DNA of 64,000 nt from an uncultured Spirochaetota bacterium (lineage in GTDB: Bacteria > Spirochaetota > B62-G9 > DRHN01), in NCBI GenBank assembly GCA_964433545.1, contig CAYSRJ010000015.1, forward strand, positions 18 to 64,017. Direction: 5' to 3'. Below, piece by piece: positions 38,801 to 47,833 of this stretch. Both the position numbers and the translations under genes were made by a program. The notes beneath the pieces are model-generated. The model was not told the DNA's origin and made no database searches. It saw only the letters and a list, made by a program, of their open reading frames with translations. Position 1 is the stretch's first letter. Every line of letters starts with the position of its first letter.

Positions 38801-39882
38801 AGAAGGTGAGCCTTCTGGCAAGTGAACGGGGAATATCACCCAATAACGACGGGGCTTTCGATACGGTTGTTTTTACCCCTGTTCTTGCTTCAGAGAAGGG
38901 TCTTATTTCCTGGAGCATCGATGTCATCGACAGTCAAAGTCGCCTGATTCGGAAAATCGGCGGAAGCGGCACACCTCCCGCAGCGGTAACGTGGGACGGA
39001 ACCGGTGAAGACGGCGGCGTGGTGCCGGATGGAGAGTACAGCTATACTTTACGGCTCGTATATGAAAGCGGCAATCATCCTGCAAGCAAGCCGGGCACAA
39101 TTACGGTTGATACAAAAGCTCCCGGGTATCTTTTCGTTGTTTCCCCCAAACTGTTTTCTCCGGACGGTGATGGTGAGGCCGATACATTGTACATCAACAC
39201 AGAGATAGGCGATAAAAACGGCGTCCGTGAGTGGGATATTACCCTGTACAGGGTGTGGAACGGCAAACCCGACAGAAACACCCCTCTGAAGAGATATTCC
39301 GGAAGCGGAAATTTCAAAAAGACGCTGCACTGGGACGGTTTTTCCGATCCGGTGCAGATGCCTGAAGGGTTTACACCGCCGGATATCTACACCTATAAAA
39401 AAGTCGGAAACAAGTGGGAGGTGCTTGTAGACTCGGCAAGCAATTACATAGCGGAGCTCAGAGCGTCGGATATATATAACAACAGTATAACGGTATCGAG
39501 GAGTTTCGGAACTGACATTCTCGTTATTAAGACACCCGAGGGTCTTAAGATAATGATCAATTCCATTCAATTCGAGTTCGATAAATCAGATTTGCTGCCG
39601 CAGAGTTTTCCGATACTGAACAGGCTTATCGAGATTCTCGACAAGTTCCCGGCGTACAAGATCAGGGTGGTCGGGCATACGGATTCGATTGGATCGGATG
39701 AATACAACCAGAAGCTTTCCGAGCGTCGCGCATTTTCGGTGTACAAGTATCTCGTTGCGCACGATATCGATAAAGACAGGCTGACAACTGAAGGCAAGGG
39801 AGAAAAGATACCCATTGACGATAACGGTACTGAGGCAGGGCGGGCGCGAAACAGACGTGTCGAGTTCTACCTGACAAGGTAA
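35872..39882 (+). CDS. Large envelope protein: signal peptide, PorV/FadL-like beta-barrel, 8 FlgD-Ig/CHU_C-like repeats, C-terminal OmpA peptidoglycan-binding domain
   Basis: YNPAAL, FDIGTIY, GLALKNIG, LSYSLLP (barrel); eight (F/I)SP(N/D)xDG repeats; IQFEFDKS...VVGHTDSIGSDEYNQKLSERRA...NRRVEF (OmpA). ATG35872 follows AGGGAG. Confidence 0.85.
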   Translation: MMKRTSLLLVLLLVVPAGFAFADQIPGSQYYYLGSGISYFPLGSSGAADFMRMESNLYNPAALADTKRITSGLSLGGFGGDNFLLNFGASFPTTVGIITGNVLALTSPSGVSAGDVIGMKGTFSKPVSEQWLFGAGINVGFANDGPARDFLASFDIGTIYRKEVGGTGFGFFDHSVGLALKNIGKNISYSGYDAFPPLEADLGVQAEVIRQGIYRARLSTHAAIPVNPFNFFAGVGLENIFFDMVDVKLGAGLGVEDVGPFSVGVDLNFDIKDTGVQLSYSLLPTNFNGSRQIVHNAGINVAFGTYDKKPPEAAVDAEREYFSPNHDGINDLAKLDISINDNTMVFGWKLDITDAQGKPVKSFEAKDVRKIRKMTFAKYFKRVFSKKQEVEIPKFIEWDGEDSEGNVVPDGEYSYVLTAWDENNNKIVTKKKQIIVDDVTPIVEAEAKELLFSPNDDGVKDTLDITIKSANIGKDDAIVIRISDRDGNTVLEEKKTGSVPKVFEWNGRDQSGALVKEGVYKFTIAASDFADNRTESSVDGIVVRTEYEKISASPVLKAFSPNGDGYSDMDDIRLFSSGTEGLINWDLRIVDEKGRDVREYSGSKVFPDVISFDGKDSEGVVLPDGLYSLEFRLFFESGNHPESFYKFIRIDNTPPSITVSSNITAFSPNGDGVKDTMNIVNTIKSGEGDIFEAKIVNAAGATFKTFEFGTNPPKVIVWDGIGDNNTQPIEGIYTYIITGRDRVGNSTVASLGPIKLVTGFEEVSVEPDEYIISPNGDGIKDSVTFNLHTSSMEGIVEWKLDIRDRNNMVVRSFNNQNMGKVPPTEVVWNGKTDAGALAEDGLYSTVLSILYDAGNNPISKPKDIRIDTLAPSIEVYVEDLNISPNNDGAKETLTIYQRMRGDKDDTYTGEIRGPGGVVVKSFNWVGNPPAEIVWDGRDDSGNPLEEGVYSYSVRGEDAAGNTAEQSINDIVLTTEYEKVSLLASERGISPNNDGAFDTVVFTPVLASEKGLISWSIDVIDSQSRLIRKIGGSGTPPAAVTWDGTGEDGGVVPDGEYSYTLRLVYESGNHPASKPGTITVDTKAPGYLFVVSPKLFSPDGDGEADTLYINTEIGDKNGVREWDITLYRVWNGKPDRNTPLKRYSGSGNFKKTLHWDGFSDPVQMPEGFTPPDIYTYKKVGNKWEVLVDSASNYIAELRASDIYNNSITVSRSFGTDILVIKTPEGLKIMINSIQFEFDKSDLLPQSFPILNRLIEILDKFPAYKIRVVGHTDSIGSDEYNQKLSERRAFSVYKYLVAHDIDKDRLTTEGKGEKIPIDDNGTEAGRARNRRVEFYLTR

Positions 39883-40206
39883 TAACCGTACACTAGAACC
39901 TGGACACGGAAGAGATTTTTTCCATGGTCGAATGTCACCGGTGCGCTCACCTGATTAATCCAGGTGAGTGGATATAACCCCGCTTGCCTGTCGTGGAGAG
40001 CTTTCCGCCTACCAGCGGCACTGCCCTGACGATTGTCAGGGTCTCCAGTCGATGCTCTATGTTCGAGGAGCATTCCTGTTGACGATGCAGAACGCCGGAT
40101 TTATATTCCTTTATCCAGCTTCGATAACCACTCATATGATTATTCGGATGCTTTGCGTTCGAAAAATGCTGTCGATGTATTATCAAGAGACGGAGTTACT
40201 GCTGTC

Positions 40207-40818
40207 ATGGAGAAAAAACCGACAATCGTTGCCATGGACCTCGAGGGTGTTCTCGTTCCGGAGATATGGATTGCAGTATCTGAAAAAACCGGCATTGAGA
40301 AACTTCGTCTCACCACGCGTGATGTCTCTGATTACGATGAGCTCATGAAGATGCGGCTCGAGATATTGAAGGAGAATCATCTTGCGCTGTCCGACATACA
40401 GGATGTAATTAATTCGGTGGACCCGCTTGAAGGTGCAAACGATTTTCTTGACTGGGTGCGTGATCGGTCGCAGGTTGTTATCCTCTCCGACACATACTAT
40501 GAGTTCGCCCTCCCCTTGATGAAAAAACTCTCATACCCCACACTGTTTTGCAATAATCTTGAAACGGATGAAAACAATACAATTGTAAGCTACCATCTGC
40601 GCATCAGGGATGGAAAGAAAAAGGCGACAAAAGCATTAAAGAATCTCGGCTTCAGAGTCATTTCGATGGGAGATTCCTACAATGACACGACGATGCTCGG
40701 TGAGGCTGATGTGGGGATACTTTTCAGGCCTCCTGAAAATGTTGTACGTGAATTCCCGCAGCACAGGGTGTTTTACGAATACAATGAGCTCAAAACATAT
40801 TTAAAAGAATTACTATAG
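40207..40818 (+). CDS. thrH: Bifunctional phosphoserine phosphatase / homoserine phosphotransferase (HAD)
   Basis: MDLEGVLVPEIW, LRLTTRD..DYDELM, ILSDT, GDSYNDTTML. Confidence 0.93.
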   Translation: MEKKPTIVAMDLEGVLVPEIWIAVSEKTGIEKLRLTTRDVSDYDELMKMRLEILKENHLALSDIQDVINSVDPLEGANDFLDWVRDRSQVVILSDTYYEFALPLMKKLSYPTLFCNNLETDENNTIVSYHLRIRDGKKKATKALKNLGFRVISMGDSYNDTTMLGEADVGILFRPPENVVREFPQHRVFYEYNELKTYLKELL

Positions 40819-40874
40819 GACATCTGTTGTTCATTCCGGTCACATTATGTATTGACTGAATTAAGGTAGAAATC

Positions 40875-42179
40875 ATGAAGACGATAAAAGTCGGCATCCT
40901 GGGGCTTGGCACTGTCGGCTCCGGTCTGTATGAATTGCTGCGTAGGAACGGTGATCTTATCAGCACAAAATCGGGTGTCAGAATAATAATTGAAAAGACC
41001 GCTGATACGGATATGCAGAGAAGGGCTGCATTGGGAATCCCCGATGGAGTTTTTACAACCGCTGCTTCGGATGTTCTGGAAAATCCTGACATTGATGTCG
41101 TCGTCGAACTGATAGGCGGCACAACAATTGCGAAAGAACTAACAGTACAGGCAATACGAAATGGAAAACACATCGTTACCGCCAACAAGGCTCTTCTTGC
41201 GACTCACGGAAGAGAAATATTCGAGGAAGTACTGAAATCGAAGGTTGAGCTCGGATACGAGGCATCGGTAGGCGGCGGCATACCGATAATTAAAACCATA
41301 CGCGAGGCACTCACCGGAAACAAGGTACAGAAGATCGTCGCAATTCTGAACGGAACCACAAACTTCATTCTTACCAGTATGACCCGGGAGGGGCTTGACT
41401 TCCGGGCGGCGCTTGAGAAGGCGCAGCAGCGTGGTTTTGCAGAGGCGGACCCCACTCTTGATGTTTCAGGGAGTGATGCGCGCCATAAGATCACCATACT
41501 CTCCTCACTCGCATTCAGTTCATATATCGATCACGACAGAGTGTATGTCGAGGGGATCGAGCACATCTCGGAGCGGGACATGGAGTACGCGAATGAACTC
41601 GGGTTTGTTTTAAAGCTTCTCGCTATTGCCGAGAAGATCGAGCAGGGGGTGCTCGTAAGGGTGCATCCTGCCCTTGTTTCCAGGGACGATCCACTCGCGG
41701 CGATAAGCTGGGAGGATAATGCGGTTATGGTGTATTCGGATTTCCTGGGCAAATCGATGTACTACGGAAAGGGTGCTGGCGCCTATCCCACAGCGAGTGC
41801 CATCGTCGCCGATATAGTCGACATTGCGCACAAGATGAAAAGCGATGGAGAGTATGACCGCTATTCATACGTTTTCAACAGAAATCTTCCGCAATTACCG
41901 TTTGAAAGCAGCGTGTCACGATACTACCTTCGATTTCATGTGCTCGACCGTCCCGGCATCCTGTCGAAGATAGCGGGAATACTGGGAAAAAATCAAATAA
42001 GCATTGCCTCTGTTATACAGAAAGAAACTGAAGAAGAGCATGAACATGTTCCACTCGTAATGCTGACCCATTCGGCCCGTGAATCCAACCTGAAAAAAGC
42101 GGTTTCCGAAATAAACGCGCTCGACGAGCTGGAGGGTGAAGGGGTCATTATTAGAGTGATCGATGAAGACCACATCTGA
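40875..42179 (+). CDS. hom: Homoserine dehydrogenase with C-terminal ACT domain
   Basis: GLGTVGSG, VTANK, EASVGGGIP, NGTTNFIL, AEADPTLD, GKGAGAYPTASA, DRPGILSKI. Confidence 0.96.
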   Translation: MKTIKVGILGLGTVGSGLYELLRRNGDLISTKSGVRIIIEKTADTDMQRRAALGIPDGVFTTAASDVLENPDIDVVVELIGGTTIAKELTVQAIRNGKHIVTANKALLATHGREIFEEVLKSKVELGYEASVGGGIPIIKTIREALTGNKVQKIVAILNGTTNFILTSMTREGLDFRAALEKAQQRGFAEADPTLDVSGSDARHKITILSSLAFSSYIDHDRVYVEGIEHISERDMEYANELGFVLKLLAIAEKIEQGVLVRVHPALVSRDDPLAAISWEDNAVMVYSDFLGKSMYYGKGAGAYPTASAIVADIVDIAHKMKSDGEYDRYSYVFNRNLPQLPFESSVSRYYLRFHVLDRPGILSKIAGILGKNQISIASVIQKETEEEHEHVPLVMLTHSARESNLKKAVSEINALDELEGEGVIIRVIDEDHI

Positions 42180-42394
42180 TGAACGATTCTGTATACATAC
42201 CGGCTCTATGCCCTGTTAGAAATATTACCACAGGCACTAACGCTCTTCTACAATGTGCTGCCTTTTATTTGTACTGCTGAGTACATGTTCTGCCGGCTAC
42301 CTGTGCAAACAAAGAGGCCTGCTATAAGGCGCATGAGGCTGAAGGTAATAAAGGGCACATCCATCTCGCATTGCCCACAAGGAGTTGTTGACAT

Positions 42395-43582
42395 ATGAAG
42401 AAAGCCGTACAGTTCGGAGCGGGAAATATCGGCCGCGGATTTATGGGCCAGCTTTTTTATGAAGCAGGATACGAGACGACATTCGTAGATGTTTCATCCG
42501 ACATTGTCAGGCTGATAAATGAAAAAAGACAGTATCCCCTGCGGCTTCTTGATGCACAGACCAGAAGTGAGATTGACCTCACAATCCATCGCATACACGC
42601 GATTGACGCAGACAATGTAACTGCTGTTGCTGAAGCTGTCGCGAATGCAGATGTAATCGGCACCGCAGTCGGTGTCGGGAATCTCGAGTCGATTGCACCG
42701 CTTATTTTAATGGGAATTCAGCTTCGGTTTGAAAGGGCCGCACCGCCGGTGGATATCTACCTCTGCGAAAATACACTCACCGCCTCGAAAATCCTCAAAG
42801 ATGCGGTTATACGCGACATGGATGAACCATTGAAGAAATGGACTGAAGAAAACATCGGCTTCGTGGGAACCATTGTCGCGAGAATGGTTCCCTCAAAAAG
42901 CGACCTATTCGGGGTGGATGACCCTCTCTTTGTTATGGCCGATTCCTTTCATGCGCTTCCCTATGATGGCAACGCAGTAAGAGGAATGCCTCCCGCCATT
43001 GAGGGTATCAGAGCGGTGGATAATTTCGAAGCTGAGGTAACACGCAAGCTTTTCACCTATAATCTGGGGCATGCCGCCCTTGCGTACCTCGGGTATCTCA
43101 GGGGATTTACCTATGTGCATGAGCTGTTTGAGGACACTGCTCTTCTGATCTACTTCAACGGCGCTCTCGATGAAATATCGGAAGCATTGCTTTCGCGGTT
43201 CTCTAAAGATATCGACAGGGAAAGCCAGGATAGGGTGCGGGCTGATATCAATCTCCGTTTCAGCAATCCGATGATAATGGATACCATATACCGTGTAGGC
43301 CGCGATCCAATCAGAAAACTCGGGCCGCATGACCGGCTGGTAGGAAGCGCCCGCCTCTGCATCGAGCAGGGAATATTCCCTGAGAATATCGCGGTCGTCT
43401 GTGCTGCGGCATTCTGCTACGATTACAGTGAAGACACCGAGGCAATCAGGCTTCAAAAAATGATACGAGAATTGGGGCTGGAGCGTACAATGATGGAAGT
43501 GTCCGGAGTTGATCCGGAAAGTGACCTTGGCAGCAAGATTATAAGTTCATACCACAAACTTTTTGAGAAGAAAAAAAAGTGA
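42395..43582 (+). CDS. mtlD: Mannitol-1-phosphate 5-dehydrogenase family protein
   Basis: AVQFGAGNIGRGF, TAVG, CEN, RKLFTYNLGHA, RF.NP...D...RVGRDPIRKL...DRL. Confidence 0.85.
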   Translation: MKKAVQFGAGNIGRGFMGQLFYEAGYETTFVDVSSDIVRLINEKRQYPLRLLDAQTRSEIDLTIHRIHAIDADNVTAVAEAVANADVIGTAVGVGNLESIAPLILMGIQLRFERAAPPVDIYLCENTLTASKILKDAVIRDMDEPLKKWTEENIGFVGTIVARMVPSKSDLFGVDDPLFVMADSFHALPYDGNAVRGMPPAIEGIRAVDNFEAEVTRKLFTYNLGHAALAYLGYLRGFTYVHELFEDTALLIYFNGALDEISEALLSRFSKDIDRESQDRVRADINLRFSNPMIMDTIYRVGRDPIRKLGPHDRLVGSARLCIEQGIFPENIAVVCAAAFCYDYSEDTEAIRLQKMIRELGLERTMMEVSGVDPESDLGSKIISSYHKLFEKKKK

Positions 43583-43708
43583 AGGTAAACCGGTGAGTGA
43601 TTGTGTATTCGGTGCGATGGAATCCTGCCTTCAAAGCCTTATGCGAATTTTTATTCTTTTAGCGCTGTATATTTATATACCCATGAAGAAAATTCTCATA
43701 ACTTATCC

Positions 43709-43736
43709 TTGACAATAAAATATTTATTTTTATACT
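43709..43736 (+). promoter_or_regulatory. Sigma70 promoter of the sugar ABC operon
   Basis: TTGACA, 16 bp, TATACT. Confidence 0.55.
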
Positions 43737-44010
43737 GTAGTAGTCCGTAACATGTCCTAATAATGAAATTATTAATAAGTTTATTACTAAAAGCAGTCTT
43801 TATTTTTCCATAAAACAAATTGTGCGAATGACGAGTTTTCGATAGTATAGCAACCATAATTATTTCACAATAATATTAAGGAGGTGATGGAAAGGGCTTA
43901 CAGGGGAGTAGCTTGTAATCGTTATCAAAATCCTGCGAACAGCGGACGAATACAGGCAATTCTCGAAGAATGGTAAGAGTTTAACAATTACACTATGAAG
44001 GGGGATTAAA

Positions 44011-45363
44011 ATGAGGAAAAAATTAGTAATGTTCGGAGTGGTGATGATCTTTGTATTTGCTTCAATAGTGTTTGTTTTTGCAGGCGGAGGGAAAGAAAAG
44101 CCTGCAGGGGAGCAATTTATCACTATTCACTGGGCACAGTGGGCGCCTGCAGATTATCTCGAAAAGCTCTCCGAAGGCTTTACAGCGGAAACCGGAATAA
44201 AGGTAATTGTCGAGCAGACTCCATGGGAAACATTTGTGCAAAAGTACAACACGGAGATGATTGCTCACAGCGATGCCTGGGACATAATAATCGGTGACAG
44301 CCAGGATATTGGAAATATGGCTGTTAACGGGCATTATGTTGAGCTGACCGATTGGATTAAGGAGCATGGAGTAGATAAAACCTTTACTCCCGCTTCTCTC
44401 ACCTATTTTGCGGAATACCCGAAGGGGTCCGGGAAATACTTTGCAGTTCCGTGTGAAGGTGACGGACTCGCATGGGCGTATCGTAAGGATCTCTTTGAAG
44501 ACCCGGCGAACAAGGCAGCTTTTAAAGCTAAGTTCGGCTACGAGCTTGGTGTCCCGAAATCCTGGGATATGCTCAAGGACATAGCGGAGTTCTTCAATAA
44601 TCCTGACAATGGTTTCTATGGTATTGCCATTTATGGTGACAATGGATACGACTCACTGGCTATGTTTGCAGAGCAGGTAATCTGGTCATTTGGCGGTGAG
44701 CTCGGTGATTATTCAACCTATAAGGTGGATGGTCTGCTCAATTCAAAGGGTTCTATTGCAGGAATAAAGTACTACGAAGAACTCTTTAAGTTCGTTCCTC
44801 CGGGGTTTGGGGATGCATTTTACGTGAAGTGTAACGATGCGTTTACCGCCGGTATTGTACCGATGACCTGCAACTATCTGGCTTTCTTCCCGGCGCTTGC
44901 AAATGAAGCGACAAACCCGTATGCGAAGGATACCGGTTATTTTGCATGTCCTCCGCAGAAAGGTTATGACGGAAAGGTAAGACAGTTTTCAGCTCTTGGA
45001 GGACAGGGCGCTTCAGTGGTTACTTATTCAAAGAAACAGGACCTTGCCTTCAAGTGGCTTGCGTGGTTTGTGAAAAAAGATACACAAATGGAATGGGCAA
45101 AATTGGGAGGATATACATGCAATGCAGAAGTATTGGCAACCGATGAGTTCCTTAATGCAGCGCCGTATAATCCTACATTCAAGGTAACGATGGAAATCTT
45201 CAAGGACTGGTGGGCTTGCCCAGAGTATGATGAGCTTTTAAGAACATTCAGTCAGACAATTGCCGATTATGTTGTCGGAGGTTCCGGTACTGCCAAAGCC
45301 GCTCTCAATAAATGTACAAAACAGTGGGAGGAGATTTTCAAGAAAGCCGGGTACTATGATTAG
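44011..45363 (+). CDS. CUT1 sugar/polyol ABC solute-binding protein
   Basis: Signal peptide with FAGGGKE; YRKDLFEDP motif; followed by a GC hairpin and permeases. Confidence 0.92.
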   Translation: MRKKLVMFGVVMIFVFASIVFVFAGGGKEKPAGEQFITIHWAQWAPADYLEKLSEGFTAETGIKVIVEQTPWETFVQKYNTEMIAHSDAWDIIIGDSQDIGNMAVNGHYVELTDWIKEHGVDKTFTPASLTYFAEYPKGSGKYFAVPCEGDGLAWAYRKDLFEDPANKAAFKAKFGYELGVPKSWDMLKDIAEFFNNPDNGFYGIAIYGDNGYDSLAMFAEQVIWSFGGELGDYSTYKVDGLLNSKGSIAGIKYYEELFKFVPPGFGDAFYVKCNDAFTAGIVPMTCNYLAFFPALANEATNPYAKDTGYFACPPQKGYDGKVRQFSALGGQGASVVTYSKKQDLAFKWLAWFVKKDTQMEWAKLGGYTCNAEVLATDEFLNAAPYNPTFKVTMEIFKDWWACPEYDELLRTFSQTIADYVVGGSGTAKAALNKCTKQWEEIFKKAGYYD

Positions 45364-45440
45364 TCATTGATTAATAAATGCCCCCTGTTGTAAATAAGCG
45401 GGGGGCATTCATAAGCTTGCTTTGTTGAAGGGAATTACCT

Positions 45441-46361
45441 ATGGGAAAAAAGATTGATAAAAATCAAGTATCGGATATCGAAACTCACTATAGTCACATG
45501 AAAGACAAGACATTGATGAGGCTGTTTATTTTACCGACGCTTGTTCTCTTGATAGCAATTAATGTCTTCCCCCTTATATGGTCGTTATTCTTGAGTTTTT
45601 CTCATTACAGCGCAAAAATGGCAAATGTCTGGGGTAAGAACCCTGATATGATCGGTATTGCTAATTATACACGTATTTTGATGGACCCTGATATGTGGGT
45701 AAAGTTTATTACAACAGCCAAGTACGTTATCATGTCAGTTGCAGGTGAAATGTTACTCGGTTTCGGGTTTGCATTGCTCCTCCAGCTCGACTTTAAAGGC
45801 AAGGGCCTTTTTACCACTCTTCTCGTTCTTCCAATGACCATGTCACCGGTAATTGTCGGCCTGATGTGGAGACTGTTTTACGATCCCAACTGGGGTATGT
45901 TTAACTTTCTATTGGGATTGGGAAGAGTCGACTGGATCCAGAATCCGGCGATAAACCTGTATTCAATTGTAATAGCAGATGTATGGATGTGGACACCATT
46001 TGTGATGCTTCTTTCTATGGCAGGGCTTTCCGCTGTCCCAAAGTATCTCTACGAAGCTGCCGAGATTGACAAGGCTTCATGGTGGTTCAAATTCAGCCGC
46101 ATTACTTTTCCAATGATATCTCCAATTCTCATGCTCGCACTGATATTCCGTATAATAGAGGCTTTTAAAATATTCGATCTGCCTATGGGAATAACGGGAA
46201 GGGGTGCAATGGCACCGCCCCTTCTTGCCATGCATTTATACAATGTTTCATTTGTTACATGGAATACGAGTATTGGGGCTGCACTTGGATATATAATACT
46301 CGTTATGGTCGTGGCGATCACACTTATACTTGTGAAGTATCTAAATAAAGCGAAACAATAG
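45441..46361 (+). CDS. CUT1 ABC permease (MalF-like)
   Basis: DVWMWTPF..L...AGL.AVP..LYEAAEIDKAS. Confidence 0.93.
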   Translation: MGKKIDKNQVSDIETHYSHMKDKTLMRLFILPTLVLLIAINVFPLIWSLFLSFSHYSAKMANVWGKNPDMIGIANYTRILMDPDMWVKFITTAKYVIMSVAGEMLLGFGFALLLQLDFKGKGLFTTLLVLPMTMSPVIVGLMWRLFYDPNWGMFNFLLGLGRVDWIQNPAINLYSIVIADVWMWTPFVMLLSMAGLSAVPKYLYEAAEIDKASWWFKFSRITFPMISPILMLALIFRIIEAFKIFDLPMGITGRGAMAPPLLAMHLYNVSFVTWNTSIGAALGYIILVMVVAITLILVKYLNKAKQ

Positions 46362-46394
46362 GTAATTGTACCATAATAAGTCAGTTGAACATAA

Positions 46395-46508
46395 AAAAAC
46401 CCGGTTTTAAAAAAACCGGAGGGTGCTGGTACAAAAGGAAAAGATATCGCTTTGCTGGACCAGCCTTCTCCGGCATGGAATGCCGGTATTTCAAAGGGTA
46501 AAACCATA
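46395..46508 (-). repeat. Intergenic repeat modules X (46395-46436) and Y (46483-46508)
   Basis: Reverse-complement matches to 1045-1084 and 35681-35706. Confidence 0.75.
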
Positions 46509-46539
46509 AATAAAATGTAGCGTGTAAGAGGGATAGTTT

Positions 46540-47487
46540 ATGGCACAAATAATGGATAGAAAAGGAAAGATAGTGAAGACGGTAGTTATTTTCATAATAA
46601 CCGTTGTTACCATTATCTATCTGATACCGCTGTTCTTTATTATTCACACATCATTCAAGCCATGGGAGGATATAAAAAAATATCCGCCGAAGATTCTGTT
46701 TAAACCGACGGTGGCAAGCTATATAAGGATTTTCACATCAAGAACCCCTTTGCCTGCCGGAGTAAAACTTTCTGAAGAAAAAGTGGCGCAGATGAAGTGG
46801 TGGGAACGTCTTATTTATAAAGACACGAATGAGGAAATCGTGAGGCAGGGGGATCTTCCGAGAAGATATCTCAACAGCATCATCATAGTCATAGGGAGTA
46901 CGGTTATTACAATAGTTTTAGGTACGCTGGCAGCATATGGATTTTCAAGGGGCAAGCTGAAAGGAAAGGATGACTGGATGTTCTTTATCCTTACCACCAG
47001 AATGCTTCCCCCTGTAGTGGTGGTTATACCGATTTTCCTCATGTTCAGGGCACTGAAGCTTACCGATACGCACATAGGCCTCATTCTTTTATACACCGTT
47101 TTTAACGTATCGTTTGCTGTGTGGGTAATGAAGGGTTTTATCGATGAGATCCCTATAGAGTATGAGGAGGCGGCTATGGTCGACGGTTATACCCGTTTCC
47201 AGGTATTCATGAAAATTGTCATTCCCCAGGCAGTAACTGGTATTGCTGCGACGGCTGTATTCTGCTTTATCTATGCCTGGAACGAGTATGCCTTTGCCTT
47301 TCTGCTTTCGAGAAAGTATGCACAGACAGTTCCAGCATGGCTTCCGTATCAGATGGGAGTGCTGGGATACGATTGGGGTGCCGCCGCCGCAGGCACGTTT
47401 CTTTTTTTGCTCCCTGCTATGGTATTTACGATCGTTCTCCGAAAACACCTTATACGTGGTATAACATTTGGTGCAATTCGAAAGTAG
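46540..47487 (+). CDS. CUT1 ABC permease (MalG-like)
   Basis: RMLPPVVVVIP, IPIEYEEAAMVDG, FIYAWNEY. Confidence 0.93.
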   Translation: MAQIMDRKGKIVKTVVIFIITVVTIIYLIPLFFIIHTSFKPWEDIKKYPPKILFKPTVASYIRIFTSRTPLPAGVKLSEEKVAQMKWWERLIYKDTNEEIVRQGDLPRRYLNSIIIVIGSTVITIVLGTLAAYGFSRGKLKGKDDWMFFILTTRMLPPVVVVIPIFLMFRALKLTDTHIGLILLYTVFNVSFAVWVMKGFIDEIPIEYEEAAMVDGYTRFQVFMKIVIPQAVTGIAATAVFCFIYAWNEYAFAFLLSRKYAQTVPAWLPYQMGVLGYDWGAAAAGTFLFLLPAMVFTIVLRKHLIRGITFGAIRK

Positions 47488-47496
47488 GACAGAAAA

Positions 47497-47724
47497 ATGA
47501 CAAAGCTAATCATCGCTCTGGCAATATATGCAGTCATTGGAATTACCTTCTGGATATTCAAGCTTTTAAAGAGAAAGTATCTGGAACCGGTATTTATAAG
47601 TATTATGATACTGGGAATCGTTGCTTTATGTCAGCCGGTACTATTTCATCTTTACAGCTTCGGTTATGCTATCCTTCTCACCGGCACAGGTGGATATATG
47701 TTTGTGTCTCATATGAAAGACTAG
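47497..47724 (+). CDS. Small hydrophobic membrane protein in the ABC operon
   Basis: 75 aa with about three hydrophobic segments; 9 bp after the permease stop; AGGA SD. Confidence 0.7.
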   Translation: MTKLIIALAIYAVIGITFWIFKLLKRKYLEPVFISIMILGIVALCQPVLFHLYSFGYAILLTGTGGYMFVSHMKD

Positions 47725-47833
47725 AAATGTGCCCGTGCAATGCTGTTGTTTGCATTCTGTATCAGTACCCGGTCTTTCAATACATGAGATATGCTATATC
47801 TGGAAAATATTGAAGTTGCATTGGAGATATTAG

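Noticed and set aside
40180-40195. TTATCAAGAGACGGAG resembles the 5' end of a SAM-I riboswitch upstream of thrH-hom
   Set aside because: The rest of the S-box core (GGCAACC, GTGCCAA) is missing, and the thrH start codon is only about 12 nt further on.
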